A stretch of 64,000 nucleotides of DNA from a virus. Its lineage: Duplodnaviria > Heunggongvirae > Uroviricota > Caudoviricetes. Made by a program: the position numbers and the translations under genes. The notes beneath the pieces are model-generated. The model did no database searches. It saw nothing but the letters and a program-made list of their open reading frames with translations, and was not told the origin of the DNA. This document shows, one piece after another, positions 19,939 to 29,812 of this stretch (the stretch's first letter is position 1; each line of letters starts with the position of its first letter). Where the stretch lies: positions 23,773 to 87,772 of the IMG/VR virus record IMGVR_UViG_3300016484_000447; one strand, given 5' to 3'.

Positions 19939-21051
19939 TCAGAAGTCGATCACGTCACTGCCCAGGTCATCCTTGACCACGTTCAGTGCGTAGTTGTTGC
20001 CATCGGCCTCTTGCTGGGCGTTCTGGGTCTTGTTCACGTCGATCCAGTTGTCCATCCAGGGCAGCGGGTTGCGGCTCGGAGCGGGCAGTGCAGGTTCGAC
20101 ACCAGCGAGAGTGTAGCACTCTTTCGCGTTCCATGCCGTCCACTCGGCAGCGAGTTGTGGCGTGTAGCCAACAATGCTGCGACCATCGCCCAGCAGGTAC
20201 GGTGCCCACGAAGTCTCCTGCTCGACAACCTCGTCCAGCATCATCTTCACCCAGTCACGGTTGGCTTCCAGCCATGCCTTGCCCCGCTCCGTCGCCATCT
20301 CAACCTTGAGAATCTCGCGGTCGAGTGCAGCGTGGCAGAACAGTTCGTCAAGCATGATCTTCTGCACAGCCTTGCCGATGGACTGGAAGTACCCCTGCTC
20401 CACGATGGCGAAGGTGGCTGCGAAGCTGGACATGAACTGGATGCGCTCCAGGGCGTACAGTGCCCAGATGCCTCGCATGATGGCACCGTAGTACACGTCG
20501 TCGCCCATGACACGGAAGCCAGTCAGGCCGCTTTCCTTGAGGGTCTTCAGGGCGCCCATGACTGCCAGTTCGTCGAACACGACGTTGACGGTTTCAGCCC
20601 GCTTCAGCGTGCGCTCGTTCTCCATGACCATGCTGAAAACCTCGCCCGGGTTTGGCACGCACTGCTGCACGATGTTGGAGTAGGTCTTGGCGTGCGTGAC
20701 TTCCATGTTGGTGTTTTCCAACAGAGCTTCCCACAGTTCGGAGTTGGTCACGAACGGCGCCAGCAGCGGAGCGATTGCCCGGCTTGCTACGGAGTCCGCT
20801 TCCCACTGGTAGGCGATGTTCATGAGCATCACCTTGTAGATCGACTCGGGGCACGTCGTCAGGTCGAGACGGGACTGGTCGTGGTTGAACTCATCGAACA
20901 CCCACCGCTGGCTGACCTGACGCAGCGCGAGAGCTTGAATCGCAGGCGCGGAGACGTTGATGCTGTCGTGGAGGGCAGGGTTCTGCCCCATGAAGAGGGC
21001 GTACTGGCCCGCCTTCCACCCGCCGTTCTCGGGGTTGAAGATTCGACTCAC
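19939..21051 (-). CDS. nrdB: ribonucleotide reductase class Ia beta subunit
   Basis: 370 aa. Carries diiron/tyrosyl-radical subunit motifs (E..H pairs; FYAMLMN-like regions). Operon context with nrdA. Confidence 0.85.
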   Translation of the reverse strand: MSRIFNPENGGWKAGQYALFMGQNPALHDSINVSAPAIQALALRQVSQRWVFDEFNHDQSRLDLTTCPESIYKVMLMNIAYQWEADSVASRAIAPLLAPFVTNSELWEALLENTNMEVTHAKTYSNIVQQCVPNPGEVFSMVMENERTLKRAETVNVVFDELAVMGALKTLKESGLTGFRVMGDDVYYGAIMRGIWALYALERIQFMSSFAATFAIVEQGYFQSIGKAVQKIMLDELFCHAALDREILKVEMATERGKAWLEANRDWVKMMLDEVVEQETSWAPYLLGDGRSIVGYTPQLAAEWTAWNAKECYTLAGVEPALPAPSRNPLPWMDNWIDVNKTQNAQQEADGNNYALNVVKDDLGSDVIDF

Positions 21052-21563
21052 TGGACGGTTGCTCCTTGGAAGAGGTTGTGTTGCAGGTTGACGTGCGTCT
21101 GGGCGATGGTGGCCTCGTAGTCGAAGCCAGCCTTGACCTCGCCGATGGCGATGACTTCATCACTCACGCCGACGACTTCGCCATTGTAGGTCGAAACCTT
21201 CTTCGGCACAAGCAGGCGACCTTCAACGAAGTCCATGCCACGCAGGGTGACGCGCCACATGCCGCTGTGCTTGCTCTTCTTGTCCTCGGGGTCGGGAAGC
21301 TGCCGTTCCACGAGGCCCCACCAGCGCAGGGATGCCAGTTGGTTCGAGCGCAGGACAGCCTTGGGTGCGGTGTTGGGCACGTCGATCCACTCACGCAGGC
21401 CCTTCTCGGTGTTCTGCGAGGCCAGCCACTTCAGGCTGGCGACCATCGTCTTGTTCAGGGCGCGGCTGTAGACCTTGCCGAAACGCTCGCAGCACGGGCA
21501 GACGCCACCGTCACCGTGGATAGTGGCTTTCCAGGCGCTCTTGGCTTCTTGGATGGTCTGCAT
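21048..21563 (-). CDS. hypothetical Cys-rich protein inserted between nrdA and nrdB
   Basis: 171 aa from MQTIQEAK, with a CPCCERFGKV cluster. The upstream part of the 255-aa ORF is Arg/Pro junk overlapping another ORF. Confidence 0.4.
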   Translation of the reverse strand: MQTIQEAKSAWKATIHGDGGVCPCCERFGKVYSRALNKTMVASLKWLASQNTEKGLREWIDVPNTAPKAVLRSNQLASLRWWGLVERQLPDPEDKKSKHSGMWRVTLRGMDFVEGRLLVPKKVSTYNGEVVGVSDEVIAIGEVKAGFDYEATIAQTHVNLQHNLFQGATVQ

Positions 21564-21565
21564 GG

Positions 21566-21772
21566 TCAGATGGTGTGGTAGACGTTGTGGAACAGGCGAC
21601 CCAGGATTCGCTCCCCGTCGCACCCGATCTGGCTGTTCTCGCGGACGATGCTGGGGACGGTAACGTCCAAGCCGAAGAGGGCGCGAACGGCGTCGTACTC
21701 TCCTTTGTTCGAGACTTCGATGGTGAGGTTGAACGGCTTGAAACCATCCGCCTTGGTCTTGGTGACTTTCAT
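21566..21772 (-). CDS. small hypothetical protein
   Basis: 68 aa from MKVTKTK with AGGAGAG RBS 5 nt upstream. Sits between nrdA and the Cys-rich ORF. Confidence 0.35.
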   Translation of the reverse strand: MKVTKTKADGFKPFNLTIEVSNKGEYDAVRALFGLDVTVPSIVRENSQIGCDGERILGRLFHNVYHTI

Positions 21773-21876
21773 TGTACTCTCCTGTGTCGATGGATCGAAA
21801 ACGCCAGTGTACCACAAGTTCTCAGGCATGAGAAGCGTACAGACGAAAAAAAGGGAGCCCGAAGGCTCCCATGCTG

Positions 21877-24129
21877 TTACAGCGAACAGCTATCGCAGGC
21901 AGCAGCTTCCTGCTCTTGCGCCTTTTCCTCGACAATGCCAGTCGCGGAGTTGATGTAGTAGCGGGTCTTCATGCCCAGCTTGACGCGGAGAAGCCACTGT
22001 TCAACCAGTTCCTTCGCCGACACCTTCCGCTCCCCGTTGCCGTACTTGATGTACAGGTCAGCCGAGATAGCCTGTCCGGTGAAGCACTGCACCAGGGCGT
22101 ACACGAGGATCATGTCCTCGGTGGGGACATCCCACGCCATCTCGTACTTGTCCTTCAGTTCATCGTAGTCCGGGCAGATGAACAGGTTCTTGTTCACACC
22201 GGATGTCTTGATGACCTTGAACTCCCGGATGGGGTACAGACCGTTCGTGTGCCCGCCAGCCACAGAGGAAGACTCGCACGGCATGTGGGCTTCGAGAACG
22301 CTGAAACGAAGCCCGCCCAGCGCCATCATCCGCTTCCGAACGCCCTCCCAGTCCCGCTTCAGCTTGTAGCCGATCTTGTCCAGGGCTAGCCGATTCGCCG
22401 TGTCGATGGGAAGCCAGCCTTCCGCGTACTTCGTACTGCTCGCCCAGTCACACGCCCCACGCTCTTCTGCCAGACGCACAGCAGCTTTGTGCAAGCTGTA
22501 GCTGTGAAGTTCCGCCAGTTCTGCGATGTACAGCTTGCCCTCGGTCGAACTGTACTTCAGCCCGCGCTTCGCCATCGCATGAGCGAGGTTGGTGATCCCG
22601 ACGCCGATGGATCGACGCGCCCGTGCTGTGACTTCGAGGTGAGGGAACGGGTACTCCATCAGGTCGATCACGTTGTCGATCATCAGGGCGGCGTAGTACG
22701 CCACGTCCTCGTATTCCTCTTCGGACACTAGACCAGCAGCGATTGCCGCCAGAGAACAGAGCCCGATTTCACCGTCACGCTCGTAGGCCGACTTGTAAGA
22801 GTACAGTGCAGCCACGGACGAGAAGCCCTTCACCGGCAGGCCGATTTCTTGGCACAAGTTGGACAGGTAGATCGTGTCCTTGAACGGGGTGTGGCGGTTC
22901 ATCTCGAACGTGTTGTGTTCGTAGATTCGACCGTTCTCCACGGCTTCCGTCAGGAACGCGATTGCTAGTTCCCGGGCTTGCACCACAGTCTTCGGGATCA
23001 GCGGGTTGGCCTCAACCTTCGAGTATTCCGACAGGAACACTTGAGGGTCAGGATTGTACATCGCTTCGTGAAGCGCCGGGGCGTCCCCGTAGCTCACCAG
23101 CATCCAGGGCTCGTTCCGGGCCACGCGACGGGCAAACTCGGTGTTGTACCCCACGCTGTAGTCGATGTCCTTGATCCGCTTCTCAGGCAGCGTCTGCACG
23201 TTCTTCAGCTTGACCAGATCGAAGAACTCCGGGTCCAGCACGGTGAAGTGCATCGTCAGAGCCCCGCCGCGTCCAGCTTGCAGGTTTGCACCCACAGCCG
23301 CCTGCTGCACCTTGTAGTAGGGCAGCTTGCCCATGTGCTTGATCGCCCCGCGCCGCACCTTGTCACCCTTGCTACGGGTCTTCAGGTGAGAGCCGATGCC
23401 AGCCGATGCACAGGTCATCATGTAGGCAATGTGGTCAGACGCTGCCAGAGACGCCGCCGAGTCGTGGGTTGTCGATGTGCAGCACGATGCGTACTGCCGT
23501 TTCATGGTCCCCAGGTTCAGCGAGAACGGCGACGGCGGGTTGATCTTCTTCAGGCTGAAGTACGTGTACAGGCTCTTCACGTCGTTCATGCGCCGGTAGA
23601 GAGGCATCTTCGCCATGTTGCCCAGTGCCATACGCATGTACACGAACTGCGGCGTCTCGTAGCTCTTTCCGCCCACTCGGTCCACGATGGCGTACTTGTC
23701 CATCGTCTGCTTCGTCTCGGTCAGCGGAGCGTTGATGTCGCGGCTGTGGTCGATGAAGGTCTGGCAGAAGTCGAGTTCCTCGTCAGAGTAGCCCATTTCC
23801 TCCCAGTGACCTTGCGCAACCATCATGCGGTACATCTCCCGGACGGTAGGGATCGTCTCCCAGCTTCCGAAGATTTCCTTGTACAGCTTGCCCATGTACA
23901 GACGCCCAGCCATCTTTTGATGCGCCGTCGTCTCCATGTCCACGCAAGCCGCGATCATTGCCTTGTGCAGATCGTCAGTGGTCACGCCATCGTCACACTT
24001 CTTGGTCGCGGCCAGAACGACGGTAGACCAGTCCACGCCGATACCGCAGGCCCACTCAGCCCACTTGTTCAGCTTGTCAGGGTCGAACCACGCCGGTTGC
24101 CCGTTTCGCTTGATGACGGTACGAATCAT
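21877..24129 (-). CDS. nrdA: ribonucleotide reductase class Ia alpha subunit (with ATP-cone)
   Basis: 750 aa. N-terminal ATP cone (VIKRNG...FD..KL), catalytic-cysteine regions and C-terminal CxxC tail typical of NrdA. Confidence 0.9.
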   Translation of the reverse strand: MIRTVIKRNGQPAWFDPDKLNKWAEWACGIGVDWSTVVLAATKKCDDGVTTDDLHKAMIAACVDMETTAHQKMAGRLYMGKLYKEIFGSWETIPTVREMYRMMVAQGHWEEMGYSDEELDFCQTFIDHSRDINAPLTETKQTMDKYAIVDRVGGKSYETPQFVYMRMALGNMAKMPLYRRMNDVKSLYTYFSLKKINPPSPFSLNLGTMKRQYASCCTSTTHDSAASLAASDHIAYMMTCASAGIGSHLKTRSKGDKVRRGAIKHMGKLPYYKVQQAAVGANLQAGRGGALTMHFTVLDPEFFDLVKLKNVQTLPEKRIKDIDYSVGYNTEFARRVARNEPWMLVSYGDAPALHEAMYNPDPQVFLSEYSKVEANPLIPKTVVQARELAIAFLTEAVENGRIYEHNTFEMNRHTPFKDTIYLSNLCQEIGLPVKGFSSVAALYSYKSAYERDGEIGLCSLAAIAAGLVSEEEYEDVAYYAALMIDNVIDLMEYPFPHLEVTARARRSIGVGITNLAHAMAKRGLKYSSTEGKLYIAELAELHSYSLHKAAVRLAEERGACDWASSTKYAEGWLPIDTANRLALDKIGYKLKRDWEGVRKRMMALGGLRFSVLEAHMPCESSSVAGGHTNGLYPIREFKVIKTSGVNKNLFICPDYDELKDKYEMAWDVPTEDMILVYALVQCFTGQAISADLYIKYGNGERKVSAKELVEQWLLRVKLGMKTRYYINSATGIVEEKAQEQEAAACDSCSL

Positions 24130-24650
24130 GCACGGCCTTTCACGTACTCGCTGGGCAGCTTCAGGGAGCCAGCTTCGTTGTAGGGGCTTCCACGCACCAT
24201 GTCGCGGAAGTCAGTCAGTTCGCGGATGTACCGCTCGTTGCGTTGCCAGTCGGGCTCGACGTACTCGTCTTCGATTTCCTTGACAGGCTCTGCTGCGTAG
24301 TCGTCATCGAGGTCCACCCCGCCACCGATCATCCGGGCCAGTTCGGACGCCAGCGAGGGGTCACGACGGGCAGCGACGATCAGGCGCTCGATCAGGGGGC
24401 ACAGGGGGCTGTTCAGGTACGCGGGGTCTTCGTTGACTTGGCCCACGGCACGGTAGCCGATGGCGACCCGCCCTTGCAGGTCACGGTGAAGCGACGGGAC
24501 GTACAGGATGGGAGCCCGCAGGCTGAAGCCCAGTTGCGACAGGGCTTCGTTCATCAGGTCGTCGCACTCCAGGCGCACCATCTCTCGTTCGGTCTTGTTG
24601 GCGAATTCCGGGATCAGCTTCAGGTCGCGGAAAGAAAAAACTCTCGACAT
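24126..24650 (-). CDS. hypothetical protein
   Basis: 174 aa. Stop overlaps nrdA start. Confidence 0.45.
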   Translation of the reverse strand: MSRVFSFRDLKLIPEFANKTEREMVRLECDDLMNEALSQLGFSLRAPILYVPSLHRDLQGRVAIGYRAVGQVNEDPAYLNSPLCPLIERLIVAARRDPSLASELARMIGGGVDLDDDYAAEPVKEIEDEYVEPDWQRNERYIRELTDFRDMVRGSPYNEAGSLKLPSEYVKGRA

Positions 24651-24653
24651 TTG

Positions 24654-24812
24654 TTACTCCTTTGCCGCTTCCGCTGCGGCGTCTTGTAGTTCGGTGTTGA
24701 TCTTGTCGATCAACGCAGCCTCGCAGGCCGCGTTCGGGCACAGCGGGAGCTTGGGGTTCTCTGCGAAGAAGCCCACAGCCTCTTCACCGCAGATCACGCA
24801 CTCTTGGTTCAT
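24654..24812 (-). CDS. small zinc-ribbon protein
   Basis: 52 aa from MNQECVICGEE...CPNAAC (CxxC...CxxxxC). Confidence 0.35.
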   Translation of the reverse strand: MNQECVICGEEAVGFFAENPKLPLCPNAACEAALIDKINTELQDAAAEAAKE

Positions 24813-25096
24813 TCTTGCATCCTTGGCAGTTGCAGGTTGAGGGACTTCAGCCAAGCCACCAGCAGCGGGTGTTCCCGCAGGGGGTACTGCACTCGATACG
24901 AGTAGTCTTCGACCGTGTATCCATCGGTCGCAATCAGGTAGAACTCGTCGTCAAACAGCACTGCATCGACTTGGCCTGGGTTCTGGTCGAAGATGGCGGA
25001 AATCCCGTGCAGTGGCACAAACACAACGTTGCCATTCGACAACATGACCATCGCAACCGGAAGACCGGCGAGGTTGACTTGGAGTTGATACAGCAC
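24809..25096 (-). CDS. hypothetical protein
   Basis: About 95 aa from a GTG preceded by AAAGGGAA. The first 46 codons of the listed ORF are Arg/Pro/His-rich and overlap the upstream gene. Confidence 0.3.
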   Translation of the reverse strand: MLYQLQVNLAGLPVAMVMLSNGNVVFVPLHGISAIFDQNPGQVDAVLFDDEFYLIATDGYTVEDYSYRVQYPLREHPLLVAWLKSLNLQLPRMQE

Positions 25097-25113
25097 TAGG
25101 ATTCCCTTTCTTC

Positions 25114-25968
25114 TTACAGCGGCATTGCTTCGAGGATGGGCACGCCGTCCACGATGAGGCCCGTGCCGATGATCGGGCGCTTCAGGTTGGTGTTGTTGTA
25201 GGCAAACGCCAGCGAGTCGTCGTTGATGAGGCATCCGGTGTTCATCGCCCAGTACAGCCCGCGAGGGTTGGCCCAGTATTCGATTCCGAACTTCTCATGG
25301 TAGTGACCACACACGAAGGACATTCCCATTGCTTGCGACACGCGGACTGCGCTCGACAGCTTGCCGTGGTGGATGTACACGTCTTGACCATCCGGGAGGG
25401 TGATCGTCATGTCCATGTGCCACTTCCAGCCGTCTCCGACGCCCAGCACCTCGTTGTACGGCTTGATGTACCGTCGCGGGATGCCGTGATGCTTCGCCTT
25501 CCGGTAGACCATCGACCCGTGGTTGGAGTCAACCAGATCGACCACTGGGAACAGTTGCTCGACTTTGGCAATCACGGGGAGTGCCTTTTCGAGTTCCGGC
25601 CCGGCGTTGTCGAGGTCAGGGTCCGTGTCGTGGAAGGACATCGCGTGCTTGTCCAGTTCATCCCCGACGCAGATCACCCGTGTCGGCTCGTACCGCTTCT
25701 TCAGGCCCGCCAGGAACGGCAAGAGGCCGCTGTGGTGGTACGGAATGTGCATGTCCGAGATGAACAGGATGCGGGAGTTGTCATGCTCCTTCAGCACCTC
25801 GCCGATGTCCACCGATGCAGCCGCCGCTTCTGTCGGGATGATACCAACTCGACGGAGGTGGTCGCTGACAGTGGACTTCGGCTTCCTCAGTGCGTCAGCG
25901 ATCTGCCGCCAGGAGAGGTTGCCCGTGCTGGCGAGGACTTCTGCTTTCGCCTGCCATGTTTCATTCAT
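25114..25968 (-). CDS. calcineurin-like metallophosphoesterase with N-terminal HTH
   Basis: Carries the metallophosphoesterase motifs ISDMH, GDELDKH, GNHD-like region and GHYH. N-terminal 50 aa look like a helix-turn-helix domain. Confidence 0.65.
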   Translation of the reverse strand: MNETWQAKAEVLASTGNLSWRQIADALRKPKSTVSDHLRRVGIIPTEAAAASVDIGEVLKEHDNSRILFISDMHIPYHHSGLLPFLAGLKKRYEPTRVICVGDELDKHAMSFHDTDPDLDNAGPELEKALPVIAKVEQLFPVVDLVDSNHGSMVYRKAKHHGIPRRYIKPYNEVLGVGDGWKWHMDMTITLPDGQDVYIHHGKLSSAVRVSQAMGMSFVCGHYHEKFGIEYWANPRGLYWAMNTGCLINDDSLAFAYNNTNLKRPIIGTGLIVDGVPILEAMPL

Positions 25969-26554
25969 TGCTCGTAGCTCCTTTCAACTTCTCCTTCTTG
26001 TAGATTTCCACCAGTGCCTCACGACGTCTCTTGTCGTTCGACAGCGCACCAGAATTGTGCCCGAATTTCTCGCAGTGAGCAAGCACTTCAGATTTTTTGT
26101 GGCGCTTCATGAACGCGATTGCCCACTTCTCAGCAAGGGCATCCTCGAACGGAACACCGGAACGCTCTGCGTAGCTCTTGACCTTGTGGCAAGGCTTGCA
26201 GGCGAGAACCCAGTTACCGTTCGTGTTCAGGAGGTTCTGAAGGAACTTCCCAGCCGTCTCCCACGAGTTGCAGGAGCCAGCCATCTCGACGTGATCCACT
26301 TCGAGAGAGCTAGCAGAGAACATCTCCCCGCAGTAGTGGCACTTGCCCAGGCTCTTCGCCCGGCCCGTGTAGCCGTCAGGGGGCGGAACCATCTGGTCAC
26401 GCTTCCAGTCCAGCTTCGCGGGATACCGCTTCCACACTGCGCCTCGAATTCCGCCTCGCACCCACGCCCAGAAGGCCGCAGGCGTCTTCCAGATGTCCGG
26501 GAAGGCTTCCCAGGGTTCCTTATGTTCCATGTCGTTCGGAGTAACCCGCTCCAC
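25961..26554 (-). CDS. HNH endonuclease
   Basis: Motif CHYCG...EVDHV...N...LAC..CH (HNH with zinc ligands). 197 aa. Confidence 0.7.
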   Translation of the reverse strand: MERVTPNDMEHKEPWEAFPDIWKTPAAFWAWVRGGIRGAVWKRYPAKLDWKRDQMVPPPDGYTGRAKSLGKCHYCGEMFSASSLEVDHVEMAGSCNSWETAGKFLQNLLNTNGNWVLACKPCHKVKSYAERSGVPFEDALAEKWAIAFMKRHKKSEVLAHCEKFGHNSGALSNDKRRREALVEIYKKEKLKGATSNE

Positions 26555-27098
26555 TTCCGTTTAACGCTTTGATGGCATCTTCTCTGGCCTTGATGGCAAG
26601 GGCTTTTGCCAATTCCTCTCCGTACCGGCTTACGGAGAATGACTTACACCCACGCCTACCACTCAAAGTAATCCATACCGCCTTCCATCTCGGAGATTGA
26701 GTATGCTCGGCAACCCTACGAATACCTACCGTACCTGACGAGTTCGTGGCAGGCTTCTTGCGGTTCCTCGTGTTGACGCTCTGCCGCACCACTCTCAAAT
26801 TCTCTATGGTGTTGTTGAATGGGTTTCCGTCGATGTGATCCACAACGTTGGTAGGCTGGATGGTAATGCCGTTGAGGCTCAAGATTATGCGGTGGACGCT
26901 GTAGATTTTACCGTGGAGACGCGCCATCCATGCAGCCGGTGCTCCACTCTGCTTGTACATCTTTCTGCCAGCAGGTTCACCAGCAATTGCCACAAGGCGA
27001 CTCCCCCAAGCCCTGTCAACCTTCCACCGCAACCCGGACGGACTCGTCGGGTCGTAGTAGAACCAATCAGCCCAGTTAGGTGTTTGCTTCTCGGTCAA
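26520..27098 (-). CDS. HNH endonuclease (HNH_3-type, with AP2-like DNA-binding region)
   Basis: VDHIDGNPFNNTIENLRVV is an HNH_3 signature. C-terminal basic region. 192 aa. Confidence 0.6.
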   Translation of the reverse strand: MTEKQTPNWADWFYYDPTSPSGLRWKVDRAWGSRLVAIAGEPAGRKMYKQSGAPAAWMARLHGKIYSVHRIILSLNGITIQPTNVVDHIDGNPFNNTIENLRVVRQSVNTRNRKKPATNSSGTVGIRRVAEHTQSPRWKAVWITLSGRRGCKSFSVSRYGEELAKALAIKAREDAIKALNGSGAGYSERHGT

Positions 27099-28177
27099 TA
27101 CTCTACCCCCAGTCGCTTCATCACGTCCAGCACGTTCACCGGCTCTTCGTCCCGACTGCGCAGCATCCGCGCCAGGGTGAAGTTCTCCTGCATCACGTAC
27201 TTCCAGTCCACTTCGATTTCGTAGTCCTGTGCGTCAGGCTTCGGAATCTTCATGTCCTTCGGGTCTTCATAGCCCCGCCAGCCGATGATCTTCTTCGGCA
27301 AGGGGTACAGGGTTTGGTAGCCCTTGACCATCGCCTCAAAGGCTTCCTTGTCGTTCTTCGCGTCCTTGAGAACGTCGAAGGCGGACTTGTCAGCCCACTT
27401 CATCGCGGGGTTGGCGCTGTTGGCGAAGTAGTTGTCGGCGTCGTCACCGTTCATGACTTGGAAGTACAGCCACGCACGGCCACGTCCAGTCACCTTCTTC
27501 TTCTCCGCATTCCACGCCAGCCAGCCGTAGGCATCACCGTAGGAGTGCATTGTACCGCTGTCGCAGTGGTACAGATGACCCGGGACTTGGAAATAGTCCT
27601 TGTCGGTGAACGCCAGGATCAGCTTGTCCTTGTCGTCGCCGCTGGCCTTCCACTTCTTCCAGCCGTCTCGGGCGTCGATGGAACAGGCGTCGTCGGCCTC
27701 GATGCCTTCGACAATCGTGCAGGCGTGGTTCTTGATGAGGTAGTCCTTCATCGCTTCCAGATGCACGGGTCGCAGGGCACCTTCACGGTTGCCCTTGTAC
27801 TTGACGATGGTCGAGACATGCTCGCGGAAGACGACACCACGGCCAGAGTAGCCGTAGTGAACCTTGGTGCCAGTGGCTTCCTTGGCAGCGTTGATCTGCT
27901 GCTTCAGGGTGTGAAGCACCTTCGGGAGTTCTTCCGGCGTCTGCACGTCGATGATGTCGAACTCTTCCGGCGCCCGGCGCTGGCCCTCGCTCTTGGCAGC
28001 GTTGTACTCTGCCAGCCAGCCACCAGCTTTCTTCTTCCAGTGCCCCCAGAACTCCGTCCGGGTGGCGAACTCGTACTCGTCGCCGCTGGCCCGGTGGATG
28101 GCCTTGATCGTCCGCTCTTCACCGACAGAGCCTGCACTGTACAGCAGCGGGTCATAGTCGAAGCACAGCTTGGTCAT
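27095..28177 (-). CDS. 5'-3' exonuclease (T7 gp6-like / FEN family)
   Basis: Start at MTKLCFDYD (AAGGAG RBS). Segments LAFTDKDYF and GDDADN align with T7 gene 6 exonuclease (LAFTDS, GDDVMG). Confidence 0.55.
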   Translation of the reverse strand: MTKLCFDYDPLLYSAGSVGEERTIKAIHRASGDEYEFATRTEFWGHWKKKAGGWLAEYNAAKSEGQRRAPEEFDIIDVQTPEELPKVLHTLKQQINAAKEATGTKVHYGYSGRGVVFREHVSTIVKYKGNREGALRPVHLEAMKDYLIKNHACTIVEGIEADDACSIDARDGWKKWKASGDDKDKLILAFTDKDYFQVPGHLYHCDSGTMHSYGDAYGWLAWNAEKKKVTGRGRAWLYFQVMNGDDADNYFANSANPAMKWADKSAFDVLKDAKNDKEAFEAMVKGYQTLYPLPKKIIGWRGYEDPKDMKIPKPDAQDYEIEVDWKYVMQENFTLARMLRSRDEEPVNVLDVMKRLGVEY

Positions 28178-28344
28178 CGTTGCTCCTTCAGTTTGACTTC
28201 CCACTCTTCTCGAATGGGGTTCCACCGCCGCATGACCGTTTCAAGCCAGACGAAGTGTTGGCCGTTTGTTGTCGTGGTCGGCGTCCATTGGAAAGCCTCG
28301 TGCCACTCCATCTTGCGACGGTCAACTGTAATGTCGATCTTCAT
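28174..28344 (-). CDS. small hypothetical protein
   Basis: 56-aa ORF (MKIDITVDRRK...) with a strong GGAGGTGCA RBS. Its stop overlaps the exonuclease ATG (ATGA). Not in the supplied ORF list because it is under 60 aa. Confidence 0.3.
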   Translation of the reverse strand: MKIDITVDRRKMEWHEAFQWTPTTTTNGQHFVWLETVMRRWNPIREEWEVKLKEQR

Positions 28345-28389
28345 TGCACCTCCAATGCAAAAACCCCGCCCTTTTGGGCGGGGCCTGTG

Positions 28390-28809
28390 TTAGTGGGCGT
28401 TCAGCCCTTCTCCGTGAATACCGTGCCACGCCTTGTGATGGGCAGGGCATAGCCAGCGAACTTCAAGTGGTTTCAAGTAGTCGTCGTGATGCCCATGCAC
28501 GTCCACTGAGCCGCACTCTTCGCATGGCCCTGGGTTGAGCCTGCCATTCCGCACAGCGTTCCCGACAAGTACGTGTGCAGCACGCTTTACAGGGTTCTTT
28601 TCTCGATACCTGCGATGGTCTTCGAGGGTTTGACGACTGCCCCTCTCCCTATCGAAAGCGCGGTACTGTTCTAGCCTGTCAATTCGGTTGGATTTGACAT
28701 CTGTCTTAGTACATGCTTTGCACTTGTTGAGGTGCCCGTCAGCCATCCGAGGATGGCTGTAGTACTCCGATAGCGTCTTAACCTCTCCGCACTTGAAGCA
28801 CTTCTTCAC
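28390..28809 (-). CDS. HNH endonuclease (zinc-finger N-term)
   Basis: N-terminal CFKCGE...CKAC and C-terminal CEECG..DVHGHHDDY...WLCPAHH HNH motif. Confidence 0.6.
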   Translation of the reverse strand: MKKCFKCGEVKTLSEYYSHPRMADGHLNKCKACTKTDVKSNRIDRLEQYRAFDRERGSRQTLEDHRRYREKNPVKRAAHVLVGNAVRNGRLNPGPCEECGSVDVHGHHDDYLKPLEVRWLCPAHHKAWHGIHGEGLNAH

Positions 28810-28811
28810 GG

Positions 28812-29726
28812 TTAGAAGGGTACGTCAGAGTCGTCCATGTCGTCGGCAGGGGTTTCCTGCTGCGGCTTGGCCTTGCCCTTGGCAGCGGCCTTGGCGGCTT
28901 CCTTGCTCTGGGCAGCGGCCTTGGCGGGCTGTTCCTGCTTGTCGCCGTCCTTGTCGCCGCCGTTCTCAGCCTCGAAGGCTTCGATGGCCTTCTGCATCTG
29001 GGAACCGGCGTAGTTCAGGGCCAGCTTGATCTGCTTGCGCAGGCCAGCGCGGATGAAGCGGATGTCTTCCTTGGTGGCGTTGTCGAACGTGATGCACTTG
29101 GCTTCGCAGTTCAGCGGAGCGACTTCGATGGGGTTGCCGTCGTCGTCCTCGGGCACCTGGGCGGCACCCTTGAAGTTCACGTTCTTGTAGACGATGACGT
29201 TGCCGTCCTTGTCCTTCTTGCCGTCCTTGGCTTCGGTCTGCTTCACCTCGACGGACGCCATGAACGGCAGGTCGAGAAGCTGTTCCACGTCCATCGACTC
29301 GATCACGTCCTCGCGTCCGACTGCCTTGGCGATCTTCGTCAGCAGGTTGGCAGGGTGGAAGCCCCACGGCTTGCCTTGGATCAGGTTGCCCTTGGCGTCC
29401 TTCGGGGGCGTGGCGACGAAGTTGACGCCCTGCACCTTGCCCTGGAACGACTTGTTCAGCAGCAGACGGTAGTGCTGCTTGCCGATGTCGCCACCGTAGT
29501 CCACAGTGTCAGCCACGAGGTCGGCGAACACGGCGACTTGCTGACACGGCTTCTGCTCCTTCATGGTGCCATCGGCTTCCTCGAAGGGTTCACGCTCTTG
29601 CGTGCCCATGTCCACGATCAGCGACAGGCGGGCCTTGCGGCTACCGGCACGCGGGGTCGGGAAGTTGGCGGTGTTCTCGTAGTCGCCACCTTGGGGACGC
29701 GAAGCGTTTGCAGGCTTGAATGCCAT
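28812..29726 (-). CDS. ssDNA-binding protein-like (acidic C-terminal DDMDDSDVPF tail)
   Basis: 304 aa. C-terminal acidic tail ending in aromatic F, as in SSB / T7 gp2.5. Located among replication genes. OB-fold not verifiable by eye. Confidence 0.4.
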   Translation of the reverse strand: MAFKPANASRPQGGDYENTANFPTPRAGSRKARLSLIVDMGTQEREPFEEADGTMKEQKPCQQVAVFADLVADTVDYGGDIGKQHYRLLLNKSFQGKVQGVNFVATPPKDAKGNLIQGKPWGFHPANLLTKIAKAVGREDVIESMDVEQLLDLPFMASVEVKQTEAKDGKKDKDGNVIVYKNVNFKGAAQVPEDDDGNPIEVAPLNCEAKCITFDNATKEDIRFIRAGLRKQIKLALNYAGSQMQKAIEAFEAENGGDKDGDKQEQPAKAAAQSKEAAKAAAKGKAKPQQETPADDMDDSDVPF

Positions 29727-29812
29727 TCTCTTGTTTCCTTTGTAGTTGTGCTGTTTGACAGCCAGTTGATGCGCGATGTTGCGCCAGACACGGGCCTGTC
29801 GGCCCAGTGTTC

